A stretch of DNA of 64,000 nt from Limnothrix sp. BL-A-16 (GCA_041937175.2 CP166615.1:3840001-3904000), one strand, 5' to 3'. Shown: positions 21,426 through 31,870, counted from the first letter of the stretch. Numbers and translations: made by a program. The notes: generated by a model not told the origin, from the sequence alone.

Positions 21426-22346
21426 ATGTCTGCGACAGCATCGTTTATTCGCCAAAGCCAACTGCTGGGCCGCTTGGTGCTCGATCGCGCCACTACGGAA
21501 ACTCTGGGCCATGTGGCCGCCCTGTGGGTTGATCCGCGAGCAGCCCGGGTGTTGGGGATTGTGATTCGATCGGGGCCGTTGCCGCTGAATTTGTCCTTGA
21601 AGTTGCCGCTGGGCGGCCCGTTGCGAGCCTGTGCCTGGGGTCAGGTGGTGGCGATCGGGGCGGATAGCGTGTTGGTGGATCTGGGGACTCAAGGGGAGAG
21701 CCTGCAACAGCCGGAGGGAGCTTTTGACCTAGTGGGTCACGAGGTTTGGACTGACGGCGGCAATCGGATTGGCACGGTGGCGGATCTGGAGTTGGATCCA
21801 GCCGTGGGCCGGGTTGATCGCTACCTTTTCCGGCGCGAAGGTGTGGCGGATGTGGCCTATAGCTTGCCGGCCGGAGCGGCCATCAGCGGCGGGCCGAAGC
21901 GGCTGTTGGTGGTGACCCAAGCGGCCGAGGCGGCCGAAGCGGTTCCTTTGACGGCCGCTTGGGATCAGGCTTTGGATTCGGTGCAAACGTCGGTGCAAAC
22001 CACCCTGCGCCAAGTTCAGGAAAAGACAAAGCCGATCGCCGAAACGGCCCGCAGTCGGTTTGCGGATTTGGCCCGGGAAGCCCGCGATCGAGCCAAGTCC
22101 TTGGCGGACACGGCCCGCACCCGCGCCACGGAACTGACGGAAACCATGCGCGATCGAGCCGATCGGTTGACCCAGGAAAGTCAGTCACTCCAGCGCGATC
22201 GCCCCGCTGGAAATTTGCCCGCCGCCCCAGAGAACGCTGCGACGGATGATGATGATCCGATCGATCTGTGGGATGAAGATTCCCCCGCGATCGACACGCC
22301 CGCAAGCCCGATCGAAACCGATTCCCACCAGCCACCTCAAGCCTAA
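21426..22346 (+). CDS. PRC-barrel domain protein with helical/acidic tail
   Basis: RQSQLLGRLVLDR.T.E.LG.V..LWVDP; second barrel LVGHEVWTDGGNRIG. Confidence 0.8.
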   Translation: MSATASFIRQSQLLGRLVLDRATTETLGHVAALWVDPRAARVLGIVIRSGPLPLNLSLKLPLGGPLRACAWGQVVAIGADSVLVDLGTQGESLQQPEGAFDLVGHEVWTDGGNRIGTVADLELDPAVGRVDRYLFRREGVADVAYSLPAGAAISGGPKRLLVVTQAAEAAEAVPLTAAWDQALDSVQTSVQTTLRQVQEKTKPIAETARSRFADLAREARDRAKSLADTARTRATELTETMRDRADRLTQESQSLQRDRPAGNLPAAPENAATDDDDPIDLWDEDSPAIDTPASPIETDSHQPPQA

Positions 22347-22366
22347 GCAGCGCCTCAAGGCTGAAA

Positions 22367-22858
22367 TCATGCGTCTTCGCCATTGGCCGACTGTGCTGAA
22401 TCCTGGGCAGAAGGGCGATCGGGCGGTTGCACCGGCAACAAGTTCTGTTCTTTGAGATGGCCCAACAGCCAATTAACCGCCGTGGCCCGTCGGGTTTTGC
22501 GGGGCACTAATTCCCCCACCTTGTAGCCCTTGAAGCCCAGATATTCCTTCAGCAATTGCTTATTTTCGGCGGGAATCGATCGAGTCAGCTTCACCGTGGC
22601 TGGGCGGCTTTCAATAAAGTTCGGCGGTTCTGGATAATCCCCTTGCCAGTCAGCCGGAGCCAACCAAGCTTGGGCGCTTGGATCCCATTGGTAACCCAAC
22701 CCATGCCACAGCAGTTGATTCACCCGGTCATCCTCTAGGCGATCGTCTAAAATGTCCCACAGCAGCTCGATCGTGAGGCTGGGCAGGCGATCGGGGAATC
22801 CGTCCGGTAACGCCACCGCTGAGAGTTCCGTGCAGTTTGGCTCCTGACAACTACTCAT
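22367..22858 (-). CDS. DUF1823 family conserved cyanobacterial protein
   Basis: PEPPNFIESRPATVKLTRSIP.ENKQLLKE.LGFKGYK..EL.P..TRRATAVNWLL. Confidence 0.8.
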   Translation of the reverse strand: MSSCQEPNCTELSAVALPDGFPDRLPSLTIELLWDILDDRLEDDRVNQLLWHGLGYQWDPSAQAWLAPADWQGDYPEPPNFIESRPATVKLTRSIPAENKQLLKEYLGFKGYKVGELVPRKTRRATAVNWLLGHLKEQNLLPVQPPDRPSAQDSAQSANGEDA

Positions 22859-23404
22859 GATAAACCTCTGTTTAAAACCGAAATTAACTCATAAATTCTA
22901 TAAATTGATTACATTGAATATTACATCAAAAAATAGCGTTGAATCGTCATAAAGTTCAATCGATGATGCTCAATCAATCAAGTTAAGTGTATTTTATCCC
23001 AACATTCAACGTTGTGATTGTTTGACTCGATCGATACCCAATTTGCTTCAAATCTTCTATCTTGATTGCTCCATTGCATTAACCCTGGAATGACTCAGCA
23101 ATTGTCTAGTCTGCACCTTATAACGACATCATTCCTCGCTCCAGCCGCCTGAACCAAAACCTAATCATCGGGATGCAGGGAAACACAACTCCCGATCGTT
23201 CGATTTTGGAGACCTATTGCGTTTTCTTCTTCATCCAATCTTTAATTTAAGTAATCATCAACCAATCTTTGCTGAATCTTTAAAAATCCCCCTTGATTCC
23301 GCCAAATCTTAAGGCTAAGTTAGATTCCATAAGGGGTCATAAAAGCGACGCGGAATGCCACGCGGTCGAACTTTGCTCTCAATACCCATCCTCCTGTGGA
23401 AGAT

Positions 23405-24199
23405 ATGAAATCTTGGTTTGCCCCCAGTGTTGCACTTGCAACCATTTCGCTGAGTTCCATCGCGGCTCCCGCACTTGCCCTCAGCATCAGCTACTCCGAT
23501 GCCTATGTGCCAAGCGCTAGCACGGTTACGACCCTGAATGCCATTGATGGCTTTACGGGTGGACTCACAGACGCAGAAGCCCGAAACGGCCTTTACGGTC
23601 TCACAGATATCAACCAAGTCTTATCGATTCAGAAATTCGATCCTAGCCTCGGAACGCTGAAATCGGCCAAGTTGACCTTTGATACGGGGCTTTGGCAAAA
23701 GGCCTACTATGAGCACTTTGGCATCGCTGCCCCATCTGGCGCGTCCGTAGACTTTGATTTTTCGGCTAACTTGAGCCTGAAATCGAGCGGTGGTTCGTCG
23801 ATTTTTGACATTCCCCTCACGGGTGCCCATGATTTCACAGTGTCCTCGTTTGATGGGGGCTTTGACTTTGCTGGCACTTCGGGCCGGAAGTTTTCCACTT
23901 CTTTGAGCGGTCAATATCAACAAGCCAAAACCATCACTGATGCCGCAGCTTTGGCTGGCTTCATTGGCGCTGGTTCGATCGACTACACCTTCTCCGCTTC
24001 GGCTCTGTTCAGTGTTTTTGGCCCGGGTAACTTGAATGCCGGTGTGCTGACCTTGGCTAAAGGTGCGCTGCGGGTTGATTACGAATACGAAAAAGAATCC
24101 ACCTCCGTGCCAGAACCTACTGCGCTGTTGGGTCTTGGTTTGGTGGCTGGTGGGGCAATGGTTCAGCGTCGCCTGCGGGCTGCAGCACCCCGAAACTAG
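23405..24199 (+). CDS. PEP-CTERM sorting-signal surface protein (choice-of-anchor E-like)
   Basis: Signal peptide; KFDPSLGTLKS motif; C-terminal VPEPTALLGLGLVAGG + QRRLR. Confidence 0.88.
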   Translation: MKSWFAPSVALATISLSSIAAPALALSISYSDAYVPSASTVTTLNAIDGFTGGLTDAEARNGLYGLTDINQVLSIQKFDPSLGTLKSAKLTFDTGLWQKAYYEHFGIAAPSGASVDFDFSANLSLKSSGGSSIFDIPLTGAHDFTVSSFDGGFDFAGTSGRKFSTSLSGQYQQAKTITDAAALAGFIGAGSIDYTFSASALFSVFGPGNLNAGVLTLAKGALRVDYEYEKESTSVPEPTALLGLGLVAGGAMVQRRLRAAAPRN

Positions 24200-24484
24200 G
24201 TTGCAAGGCCTGTCAATGGCAGCTCGGAATAGCTCGCTAGTCGATCGAACCCTAGCCAATTTAGGGATGAGGCTGGGGGACTGAAAAGATAGCCCGAGCT
24301 GCTCTTGATTGCGACCCTGTGGACTGCACAACTGAATTGCACAAGTTGGTACTGTTGAGATTGGGTTTGGCGATCGCTGAACCCAATCTTTTTTTTGAAT
24401 GATGTTGATGGCGATCGAAGTATTTTGATGATTCTGTTGACGATTCGGCGGCTAGGGTTGCTTGTTTTGAATGTGCCTTGGGCG

Positions 24485-25219
24485 CTATAGGTCATCAGGA
24501 TTGAGGCCCAGCTCTCGTAATTTGGCCGCCAGGCGATCGGCGCGTTGTTGAGCATCTTCAGCTTGAGCTTCAAAGGCCTTGGCTTGCACTTGAAACAATG
24601 CCAATCGCTCCTCGGGGGTCAGGTAGCGATCGCCCGCCTCGTTGAACCAATAGAGCCATTCGCGGTCGATCGCCTGAAACGTCCCGATCTGCCGCCCAAT
24701 GCCTAACCCCACTTCCGGCATCCAGAACGGTTCACCACTTTGCCGTTGATAAATCCCATCAATCAGTTTGTAAATCTCAAAGGGATCGTGGCGATCGCGC
24801 TGATAGTGATCGGGGTTATAGATGCAGTAATACAACACCCCTAAATCGGCATAGCGCAGCAGCTTTTGATCGTATTCACCACCCTTGGTCTTTGAGACAA
24901 TTTCCAACACGAAAATGGGCGGAATCTCATCCTCCATCCACATCGCATAGCTCAATCGCAACTGCTCGCTGCGTTGCCGGGGAACCCCCACACTCAGGAA
25001 GCCATCGGGACAAAGGGCGGGCTGGAGCTGGCCATTTCGATAATAGAAAATGCCCATGTCCACGTTCCAAGTCCAATCGGTGCGATCGCCCCACAGACAA
25101 GACAGGATCGAGAGCAACAAATTGGGCAACAAATTTTGAATTTCGTGATCCACAGGCTCGTCATCGCAGGACGGTAAGTTCAGGTATTCGGCGTAACCGG
25201 GCTTGTGGATTTCCAACAT
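24485..25219 (-). CDS. Uma2 family PD-(D/E)XK endonuclease
   Basis: PDGFLSVGV, PIFVLEIVS, K...Y..LGVLYY.IYNP; C-terminal 'RADRLAAKLRELGLNPD'. Confidence 0.88.
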   Translation of the reverse strand: MLEIHKPGYAEYLNLPSCDDEPVDHEIQNLLPNLLLSILSCLWGDRTDWTWNVDMGIFYYRNGQLQPALCPDGFLSVGVPRQRSEQLRLSYAMWMEDEIPPIFVLEIVSKTKGGEYDQKLLRYADLGVLYYCIYNPDHYQRDRHDPFEIYKLIDGIYQRQSGEPFWMPEVGLGIGRQIGTFQAIDREWLYWFNEAGDRYLTPEERLALFQVQAKAFEAQAEDAQQRADRLAAKLRELGLNPDDL

Positions 25220-25245
25220 GGTTCACGCTCCTAAAAGTCAACCCT

Positions 25246-25273
25246 GTAGGGGCGTACGGCCGTACGCCCCTAC
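25246..25273. repeat. Perfect 28-bp GTAG-type REP palindrome
   Basis: GTAGGGGCGTACGG|CCGTACGCCCCTAC. Confidence 0.85.
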
Positions 25274-25410
25274 CCGAATCTGCCTTGATTATTTTGGCTC
25301 GCCTGCATCCGACGGATTAGACGAAATGAAGTGGGATTGATAATGCAAAAAAACAATCCCACTGCCATTTTAGTCATCGCGATCGGGTCGATGTTGGCAC
25401 TGCTTGCTGA

Positions 25411-25552
25411 GGGGGTGTCGTTGTTTCGCCCAAAACCCTGATTCCACCGTGAGCGAATCGTGGGGGGCAAGGGGCTTAAGCCCCTTGTTACAACCATTGA
25501 GGCCTGGAAAATCAACCATTTCAGCTTGTTACCAGGAAATGACGACAGGCCC
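25411..25552. mobile_element. MITE family A, ~142 bp
   Basis: Imperfect TIRs GGGGGTGTCGTTGTTTC / GAAATGACGACAGGCCC; internal AAACCCTGATTCCACC and palindrome CAAGGGGCTTAAGCCCCTTG (25468-25487); homologous to 60383, 63359 and 55190. Confidence 0.75.
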
Positions 25553-26937
25553 TACACCGTTGCACCCACCAAGGCCGCAGGTCGATCGCCCAAGGATTCC
25601 ACCTTCCACCGATCGAGTTCGCCCAGGGCGCGATCGCGGTATTGGCCGTAGCGTTCCTGTTTGTTGCGGATCTTGGTCGGCAGCTCCGGCAGGATGCCAA
25701 AGTTCGGCGGCATCGGTTGGAAATGCTTCGGTGAGGCGGAGCTGATGAACTCGAACAGTGCACCGCTCATGGTCACGGGGGGCAGGGCGATCGGCTCCAA
25801 ACCGCGGGCAATTCGGGCCGCGTTGGTTCCCGCCAGCCAGCCGCCGGCCGTGGCCGCCGTGTAGCCCTCCGTGCCGATCAGTTGGCCCGCCGCCAGCAGA
25901 GTCGCTCGGCCCTTGAACTGCAAAGTGGCGCTCAACAGTTCCGGCGCGTTGATGAAGGTGTTGCGGTGCATCACGCCCATCCGCACAAACTCGGCATTTT
26001 CCAAGCCGGGAATCATCCGAAACACCCGCTGTTGCTCGCCCCAGCGTAGGTTGGTTTGGAAGCCCACCATGTTCCACAGTTGCCCCGCCTTGTCCTCCTG
26101 GCGCAGTTGCACCACGGCGTAGGGACGTTTGTCGCGGTTGGCGGGGTCGCGCCCGTCGCCCAGCCGGGAATCGAACAGTCCCACAGGTTTCAGGGGGCCG
26201 TAGCGCATGGTGTCTTCGCCGCGCTGGGCAAGTTCTTCGATCGGCAGGCAACCTTCAAAGAATTTGGCACTTTCGCGATCGAAATCCTTCAGGGGCGCTT
26301 GTTCCGCCGCGCAGAGGGCTTGGTAGAACTGCAAATATTGCTCCCGGTTCATCGGGCAGTTCAAATAGGCCGCCTCACCTTTGTCGTAGCGGGAAGCCAT
26401 GAAGGCCACGTCGCGATCGATCGACTCGCCCACCACGATCGGGCTAGCCGCATCGAAAAAGCTCATGTAGTCCCGACCGGTGAACTGCCGCAGATCGTCG
26501 GTTAAGTCTGGGCTGGTGAGCGGCCCCGTCGCCAACACCACCACGCCATCGGTGGGAATTTGCCGCACTTCCTCGCGCCGGAAGTCCACCAGCGGATGTT
26601 GGGCCAGGGTCTCGGTCAGGTCGCGGCTAAACTCGGCGCGATCGACTGCCAAGGCCCCACCAGCGGGCACGGCATGGTGATCGGCCTTACCAATCACGAT
26701 CGACCCGAGCCGCCGCAATTCCTCATGCAATAAGCCGGCCGCGCGATCGGCGGACATCGCGCCAAAGGAGTTGCTGCAAACCAATTCCGCCAAATGTTCC
26801 GTGTGGTGGGCGGGGCTGAGGCGTTCGGGCCGCATTTCATAGAACACCACCGGCACACCCGATCGCGCCACCTGCCAGGCTGCTTCCGTGCCGGCCAGCC
26901 CGCCGCCAATCACATACACCGGCTGTAAATTCGACAT
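25552..26937 (-). CDS. trmFO: FAD/folate-dependent tRNA (uracil-54-C5)-methyltransferase TrmFO (Gid)
   Basis: [68 protein letters not shown]. Confidence 0.97.
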   Translation of the reverse strand: MSNLQPVYVIGGGLAGTEAAWQVARSGVPVVFYEMRPERLSPAHHTEHLAELVCSNSFGAMSADRAAGLLHEELRRLGSIVIGKADHHAVPAGGALAVDRAEFSRDLTETLAQHPLVDFRREEVRQIPTDGVVVLATGPLTSPDLTDDLRQFTGRDYMSFFDAASPIVVGESIDRDVAFMASRYDKGEAAYLNCPMNREQYLQFYQALCAAEQAPLKDFDRESAKFFEGCLPIEELAQRGEDTMRYGPLKPVGLFDSRLGDGRDPANRDKRPYAVVQLRQEDKAGQLWNMVGFQTNLRWGEQQRVFRMIPGLENAEFVRMGVMHRNTFINAPELLSATLQFKGRATLLAAGQLIGTEGYTAATAGGWLAGTNAARIARGLEPIALPPVTMSGALFEFISSASPKHFQPMPPNFGILPELPTKIRNKQERYGQYRDRALGELDRWKVESLGDRPAALVGATV

Positions 26938-26998
26938 GGCTTACCTCAGCGATCGCCCAAACTTGCAGAAACCGAGATGAATAGCTTATAGCAATTTG
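26683..26998. repeat. Left copy of ~315-bp direct repeat (trmFO 5' end plus upstream region); other copy at 30463-30777
   Basis: Direct alignment at a constant 3780-bp offset through the coding part. Confidence 0.95.
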
Positions 26999-27131
26999 AT
27001 TTATCAGGGTGGCAGTCAAGTCGTCCAGCAACTGAATAGAGTTGAATTAATCGGCTGGAGTGCTCTTCCCGTTGACGTAATATCCATAAAGGAGTCTGAC
27101 CTAAATCGGGTTAAGGTGATCAATTGCCTTA

Positions 27132-28064
27132 GAGCTAATTCATAAAGAGAAGCTAAAGCTGACTTGGCAGCTCTAAATCCGGTTTTAGGCTAGACCTACC
27201 CGAAGCATCATCCAGCTCATGAGTCGTCTCCCGGTCATTGCCAATCCTACCCGCAAAGCCTATCCCAGTGATTTGAGCGATGATGAGTGGGTGCTCCTCC
27301 AACCGCTGCTGCCCGCTCCTAAAGGCTTTGGACATCCGATAGAAGTTGATTTCCGAGAAATCCTCAATGGCATCTTTTACGTCCAGCGGACTGGCTGCCA
27401 GTGGGAAATGCTGCCTCACGATTTACCCCCTTACAGCACGGTCTACCATTACTTCCAGAAATGGCAACGAAAAGGAATTTGGCAGCAAATGCATGACCAG
27501 ATTCGAGAGCAACTGCGGAGCAAATTAGGTCGTTCAGAGCAATCTAGGGTCAGTATCGGTGATTCTCAGTCGGTGAAAACCACGGAAAAAAGGGGGTGGT
27601 CTACGGCTTCGATGGTGGCAAAAAGGTTAAGGGACGTAAACGCCACATTATCGTTGACTCGCAAGGATTCCTAATGGGCGTGTTGGTGACTGAAGCGAAT
27701 GCTTCTGAGCGATTGGGAGGGATTGTGGTGTTAGAAGAAGTGAAGGAGAAGCTATCTCGGCTAGAGGTTATTTGGGTTGATCAGGGGTATTCCGGGAAAA
27801 AGTTTGCGGATGCTGTGAAGCATGTGTGTGGTGAGAGTGTGCGCGTGGAGGTGATCAGCCGAATCAGTAAAGGGTTTGAGACGTTGCCCAAGCGATGGAT
27901 TGTCGAGCGGACGTTTGGCTGGCTGAACCGATTTCGGCGATTGAGCAAGGACTATGAGTTGTATTCGGAGACGAGTGAAGGAATGATCTATGGCTGCTTA
28001 ATGCATTTGATGGTGAGAAGATTGGCTGCCCTAGATGATTAATAATTGATTTATAAATCAGCTC
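27132..28064 (+). mobile_element. IS5-family insertion sequence (IS1031-like), 933 bp
   Basis: TIRs GAGCTAATTCATAAA / TTTATAAATCAGCTC (13/15); TTA duplication at 27129-27131 and 28065-28067. Confidence 0.92.
27219..28042 (+). CDS. IS5-family DDE transposase, orfA (27219-27674) and orfB (27596-28042) joined by a -1 frameshift at AAAAAAGGGGG (27586-27596)
   Basis: YPSDLSDDEW, TGCQW.MLPHD, DSQSVKTT; orfB GFDGGKKVKGRKRH, DQGY, KRWIVERTFGWL..RRL.KDYE. Confidence 0.9.
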
Positions 28065-28134
28065 TTAGTGATAAAGTTATGAGTATGATTAATTATCTTA
28101 ACTACAAGATGTTCAAACTTGGGTTTAGTAAAGA

Positions 28135-28230
28135 CGGTAGATACAGCTTATATCTAAAATGATTGGTACGTCATATTACAGACATCATCAAGCTTTGACT
28201 TAGTGAGCATTGCCCACCCTACAGGTGGCT
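28135..28230 (-). repeat. ~95-bp REP-containing element (CCTGTAGGGTGGGCAATG...); inverted homolog of 31740-31835
   Basis: Reverse complement aligns to 31740-31835: shared CCTGTAGGGTGGGCAATGC, AGCTT, TGACGTACCAAT, CTGTATC. Confidence 0.75.
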
Positions 28231-28300
28231 GTACTGTCCGTCTATCAATTTTAGACCTCAACGAAACGATACATTTCAGACCGGATTGGAAAGCATACCC

Positions 28301-29398
28301 TTGAGCAATCATCAATCATCTCAGCCACACTTATTTGGTCTACAGCATTCCAATCGCAACTTTACCCGTCCAGAATCCTGGGGCAAGAACTGCTTTAATT
28401 CGTCATTTCCCACAGCCCTTGCACTTTATCTAGAGAGTCATAACTTAAAAAGCTGTTATCTCCAGCTCGATGCAAACCTGCAAATTCAGCATTCAGAAAT
28501 CAGCACCCAAGAACTGTATGGATGTTCTTCTGGTTTGGAAGACCTATTCTATGCATTTGAATCACAATTTTCACCCTATCAGCAGTATGTGATTGGTACA
28601 TTGCCTAATGTTGATCTTGTAATTCAATCTCGGTCATTGAGAACTTGTCTGAATGCCTTAGAAATTAAGCTAACGGCATTGCCTGACCATACGACTTGTA
28701 ATCTAACCGAAGATCGCTATAGCTGTGAATTGGTAATTCGGCCAGATACCATTGCTTATTTGGCTTGTCGAATTGCCGATTATCTTTCTAGCCAAGTTGA
28801 ATGGCTAAAAGATTATTTAAAGACGGCCAATCTACCATCAACTCAACTGACAGAATGGACAGAAGCCAAAGATATTATTCCTTATGCAGAAACGATTCTA
28901 AGCCTCATCGATTACTTGCTGCTACGAATACTCAATGAGCAATCACCACTCTTGATGCAGCCTATTTGGAAAACTCAAGGTAAATCTTCTCGGCTATCAG
29001 ATTACTGTCTCGATGTATTTGTTTGGAGTGACTTTTCCTTAACTCGCTTATTTGTTGATCGAGCAAAAGCCGATGTAGAGTCTGGATTCTCCAAAGGTAT
29101 TACGCGACATATGCGATCGGCTATATGGCTTGTCAGGATGATTCAAGAATTTGCCATGAATGGTGCTTTTGATCATGGTCAAATTATCGATGTTCTCTCA
29201 TACAATACAAAAAATGATAAGGCATTCTCTATTAATGGTCTTGTTACCCATCAATATTTAAAGTCTGATATCTTAACAAGACCTAGAATTCATCAGTCAG
29301 ATATCAAAAATATAATTTTAGGTGGTGGGCAAAATCTCTTGAGTCCTGAGCGTCGGCTGGATGCAATTATTTATAACTCGCCCGGACTATTTCACTAG
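28301..29398 (+). CDS. Type II restriction endonuclease, HindVP-like (predicted GRCGYC)
   Basis: P.LFGL..SNRNF....WGKN.FNSSFP, EIKLTALPD.TT, ELVIRPDTI.YLA, NTKNDKAF, ILGGGQNLLSPERRLDA; start 28286 or 28301 (TTG); AT-rich. Confidence 0.8.
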   Translation: MSNHQSSQPHLFGLQHSNRNFTRPESWGKNCFNSSFPTALALYLESHNLKSCYLQLDANLQIQHSEISTQELYGCSSGLEDLFYAFESQFSPYQQYVIGTLPNVDLVIQSRSLRTCLNALEIKLTALPDHTTCNLTEDRYSCELVIRPDTIAYLACRIADYLSSQVEWLKDYLKTANLPSTQLTEWTEAKDIIPYAETILSLIDYLLLRILNEQSPLLMQPIWKTQGKSSRLSDYCLDVFVWSDFSLTRLFVDRAKADVESGFSKGITRHMRSAIWLVRMIQEFAMNGAFDHGQIIDVLSYNTKNDKAFSINGLVTHQYLKSDILTRPRIHQSDIKNIILGGGQNLLSPERRLDAIIYNSPGLFH

Positions 29399-29433
29399 TA
29401 CGATGATTGTCGATCTTGGAAATGAACTGACTC

Positions 29434-30414
29434 ATGAAGACCGTTGATTTATTTGCGGGCTGTGGGGGACTATCCCTAGGCTTCCAGAGTGCTGGATTTG
29501 ATTTGGTTGCGGCCTTTGACCATTGGCTTCCAGCCCAACGGGTATACCAAGCCAATTTTAGTCATCCCATTTTTGATCTCGATCTAGCTGCTCTAGATAG
29601 CATTAGTCGCATTGCTGAATTTTGTCCCACCCTAATTATTGGTGGCCCTCCTTGTCAAGATTTTTCGAGTGCTGGGAAGCGAGATGAAAACTATGGCAGA
29701 GGCGACTTAACTCGATCGTTTGCGGAAATCGTAACGACTATTTGCCCTCATTGGTTTGTGATGGAGAATGTGGATCGCATTCTAAAAAGTAAGATTCTAT
29801 CAGCCGCCTGCTTGAGATTTAAGGAGTATGGCTACGGACTAACATCAATTGTTTTAAATGCTAGCTACTGCGGCGTTCCTCAAGCGAGGAAGCGGTACTT
29901 TCTAATTGGTGAATTGGGAGGAAAAGATGATGATTTACTGGATTTTCTTAATAAAAATTTGGCAGACCATCCTCTAACAGTCTTTGATTATTTGGGCGAT
30001 CGCCTCGGCTTGGAATATTACTATCGACATCCTCGCAGTTATCAACGGCGAGGCATTTTTAGCATCTATGAACCTAGCCCAACTATCCGGGGAGTTAACC
30101 GACCGGTTCCTAAAACCTATAAGCAGCATTCTGGGGATGCTTGCGCCCCCCATCCACAGTTGCGTGCCCTAACCACCATTGAGCGGAGCTATATCCAAAC
30201 TTTTCCTGAGCATTTTCAGTTTCAGGGTACGAAGTCTGATTTAGAACAAATGATTGGAAATGCTGTGCCCGTTAAGCTGGCGGAGTATGTAGCCCGAGCT
30301 ATTTTGGATTATCAAAATTGCCGAAATTTGCCAACCCAATCGGTGATTTCACAACCAATAATGTCAACAAGTCCCAGTAGTCAATTGAGTCTTTTTGCTC
30401 AGTTAACCAATTAG
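29434..30414 (+). CDS. C5-cytosine DNA methyltransferase, cognate to the upstream endonuclease
   Basis: DLFAGCGG (I), GGPPCQDFS (IV), MENV (VI), PQARKR (VIII), QTFP...QMIGNAVP (IX/X); [29 protein letters not shown]. Confidence 0.93.
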   Translation: MKTVDLFAGCGGLSLGFQSAGFDLVAAFDHWLPAQRVYQANFSHPIFDLDLAALDSISRIAEFCPTLIIGGPPCQDFSSAGKRDENYGRGDLTRSFAEIVTTICPHWFVMENVDRILKSKILSAACLRFKEYGYGLTSIVLNASYCGVPQARKRYFLIGELGGKDDDLLDFLNKNLADHPLTVFDYLGDRLGLEYYYRHPRSYQRRGIFSIYEPSPTIRGVNRPVPKTYKQHSGDACAPHPQLRALTTIERSYIQTFPEHFQFQGTKSDLEQMIGNAVPVKLAEYVARAILDYQNCRNLPTQSVISQPIMSTSPSSQLSLFAQLTN

Positions 30415-30462
30415 CACTGGGGGTGTTGTGGAGATTGATCTAGGGCAGTAGTCCGTAGGGTA

Positions 30463-30717
30463 GGCCTTGCCAATCACGATCGACCCGAGCCGCCGCAATT
30501 CCTCATGGAGCAAGCCGGCCGCGCGATCGGCAGACATCGCGCCAAAGGAGTTGCTGCAAACCAATTCTGCCAAATGTTCCGTGTGGTGGGCGGGGCTGAG
30601 GCGTTCGGGCCGCATTTCATAGAACACCACGGGCACGCCCGATCGCGCCACTTGCCAGGCTGCTTCGGTGCCGGCCAGCCCGCCGCCAATCACATACACC
30701 GGCTGTAAATTCAACAT
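30463..30717 (-). pseudogene. trmFO: Truncated 5' copy of trmFO (first ~85 codons)
   Basis: Matches TrmFO N-terminus up to ...SIVIGKA, then diverges into unrelated sequence. Confidence 0.92.
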
Positions 30718-30783
30718 GGCTTACCTCAGCGATCGCCCAAACTTGCAGAAACCAAAGCAATAGCTTATAGCAATTTGTTTGAA

Positions 30784-30928
30784 AGGCTGTTTGAAAAATA
30801 TCTTTTGGCGCGAGCCAAGCACCGATAGTTGTGGGGTCAAGGGGCTAGAGCATATTATCTTCGTCGATTACTAGGGCGTGCGGAATGTCAATTTTGGCTT
30901 TTCAGATGTGGCTTTTCAGACAGTTTTT
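30784..30928. mobile_element. MITE family B, ~145 bp, degenerate
   Basis: Ends AGGCTGTTTGAAAA / TTTTCAGACAGTTT; interior (GCCAA.CACC.ATAGTTGTGGGG.CAAGGGGCT...CAATTTTGGCTTTTCAGA) homologous to 53372-53475. Confidence 0.65.
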
Positions 30929-30955
30929 CTAAGCCCCTTGTCACCGTCGATCGCT

Positions 30956-31531
30956 CTAGAACTCCACATTTTCAAACAACTCAGCCAAGCCAAACTCCAC
31001 ATCAACCGATGACAACATCACCCGATCGGTTAATTCGCCATGCTCCACCATTAACCACTTATGAGCTTCCTGTTTAATATGTTGTTCCACATAGGGTCTA
31101 GTTTGATCAATGAGCAAATATTCTTGAAAACTTGGAATTGTTCGATAATCGGAAAATTTTTCACTCCGATCATAATTCTTAGTAGAGTTAGACAACACCT
31201 CAATGATCAAAATGGGTTCAGTCACCGTGTCCGTGCGTCCCTCTTGTAGAGCGATCGGACGCGGCACAACCATCACATCCGGATAGGTATAAACCTGCCG
31301 CTCAGGAATCCAAAGACGTTGATCCGTCACAAAAACTTGCAGAGGACGGCCTTTGAGCGCCAGCCTGAGTAACACGGTCATCGCTCCAATAATTTCATTG
31401 TGAGTCGGTGTCCCACCAGTTATCTCCAGCACTTCTCCATTGCGATATTCGTGACGGGTTGTTGCAGCCGTCTCTAAGGCCAGATACTCTTGTGGAGTGT
31501 GAATTTTCTGAGAAGTCACAATAGCTGTCAT
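30956..31531 (-). CDS. Uma2 family endonuclease
   Basis: EYLALE.....RHEY.NG, YTYPDVMVV, P.LIIEVLS.ST.NYDR.EKF..YR.IPS.QEYLLIDQ. Confidence 0.9.
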   Translation of the reverse strand: MTAIVTSQKIHTPQEYLALETAATTRHEYRNGEVLEITGGTPTHNEIIGAMTVLLRLALKGRPLQVFVTDQRLWIPERQVYTYPDVMVVPRPIALQEGRTDTVTEPILIIEVLSNSTKNYDRSEKFSDYRTIPSFQEYLLIDQTRPYVEQHIKQEAHKWLMVEHGELTDRVMLSSVDVEFGLAELFENVEF

Positions 31532-31739
31532 GATCAATTTTCTCCTGATTTGAAACTCATCTCAAAACTCATATAGGCAACGAATGATTAGCAAGATTTG
31601 ATATCAGTGTATGAAAGCTTGAGTCAATTTCAAAATATCTATAAATTTCGCAAATTGTTAACCAATCAACTCCTTCAATCAATTGATTTTTGAATCCAAT
31701 TACAGCTTTTACCGCATTTGATAAGCATAGAGATCTGTA

Positions 31740-31835
31740 GCGCCTGTAGGGTGGGCAATGCCCACCGACTAACAGCTTCATGGTATTTGCGATCTGACGT
31801 ACCAATTGTTTGAGGTAAAGACTGTATCGCTGGTC
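31740..31835 (+). repeat. ~95-bp element with REP GTAGGGTGGGCAATGCCCACC
   Basis: GTAG followed by hairpin GGTGGGCA-A-TGCCCACC; inverted homolog at 28135-28230. Confidence 0.75.
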
Positions 31836-31870
31836 ATCGGTCATTGCTCAGGCTGATAGAAACCGAATAT

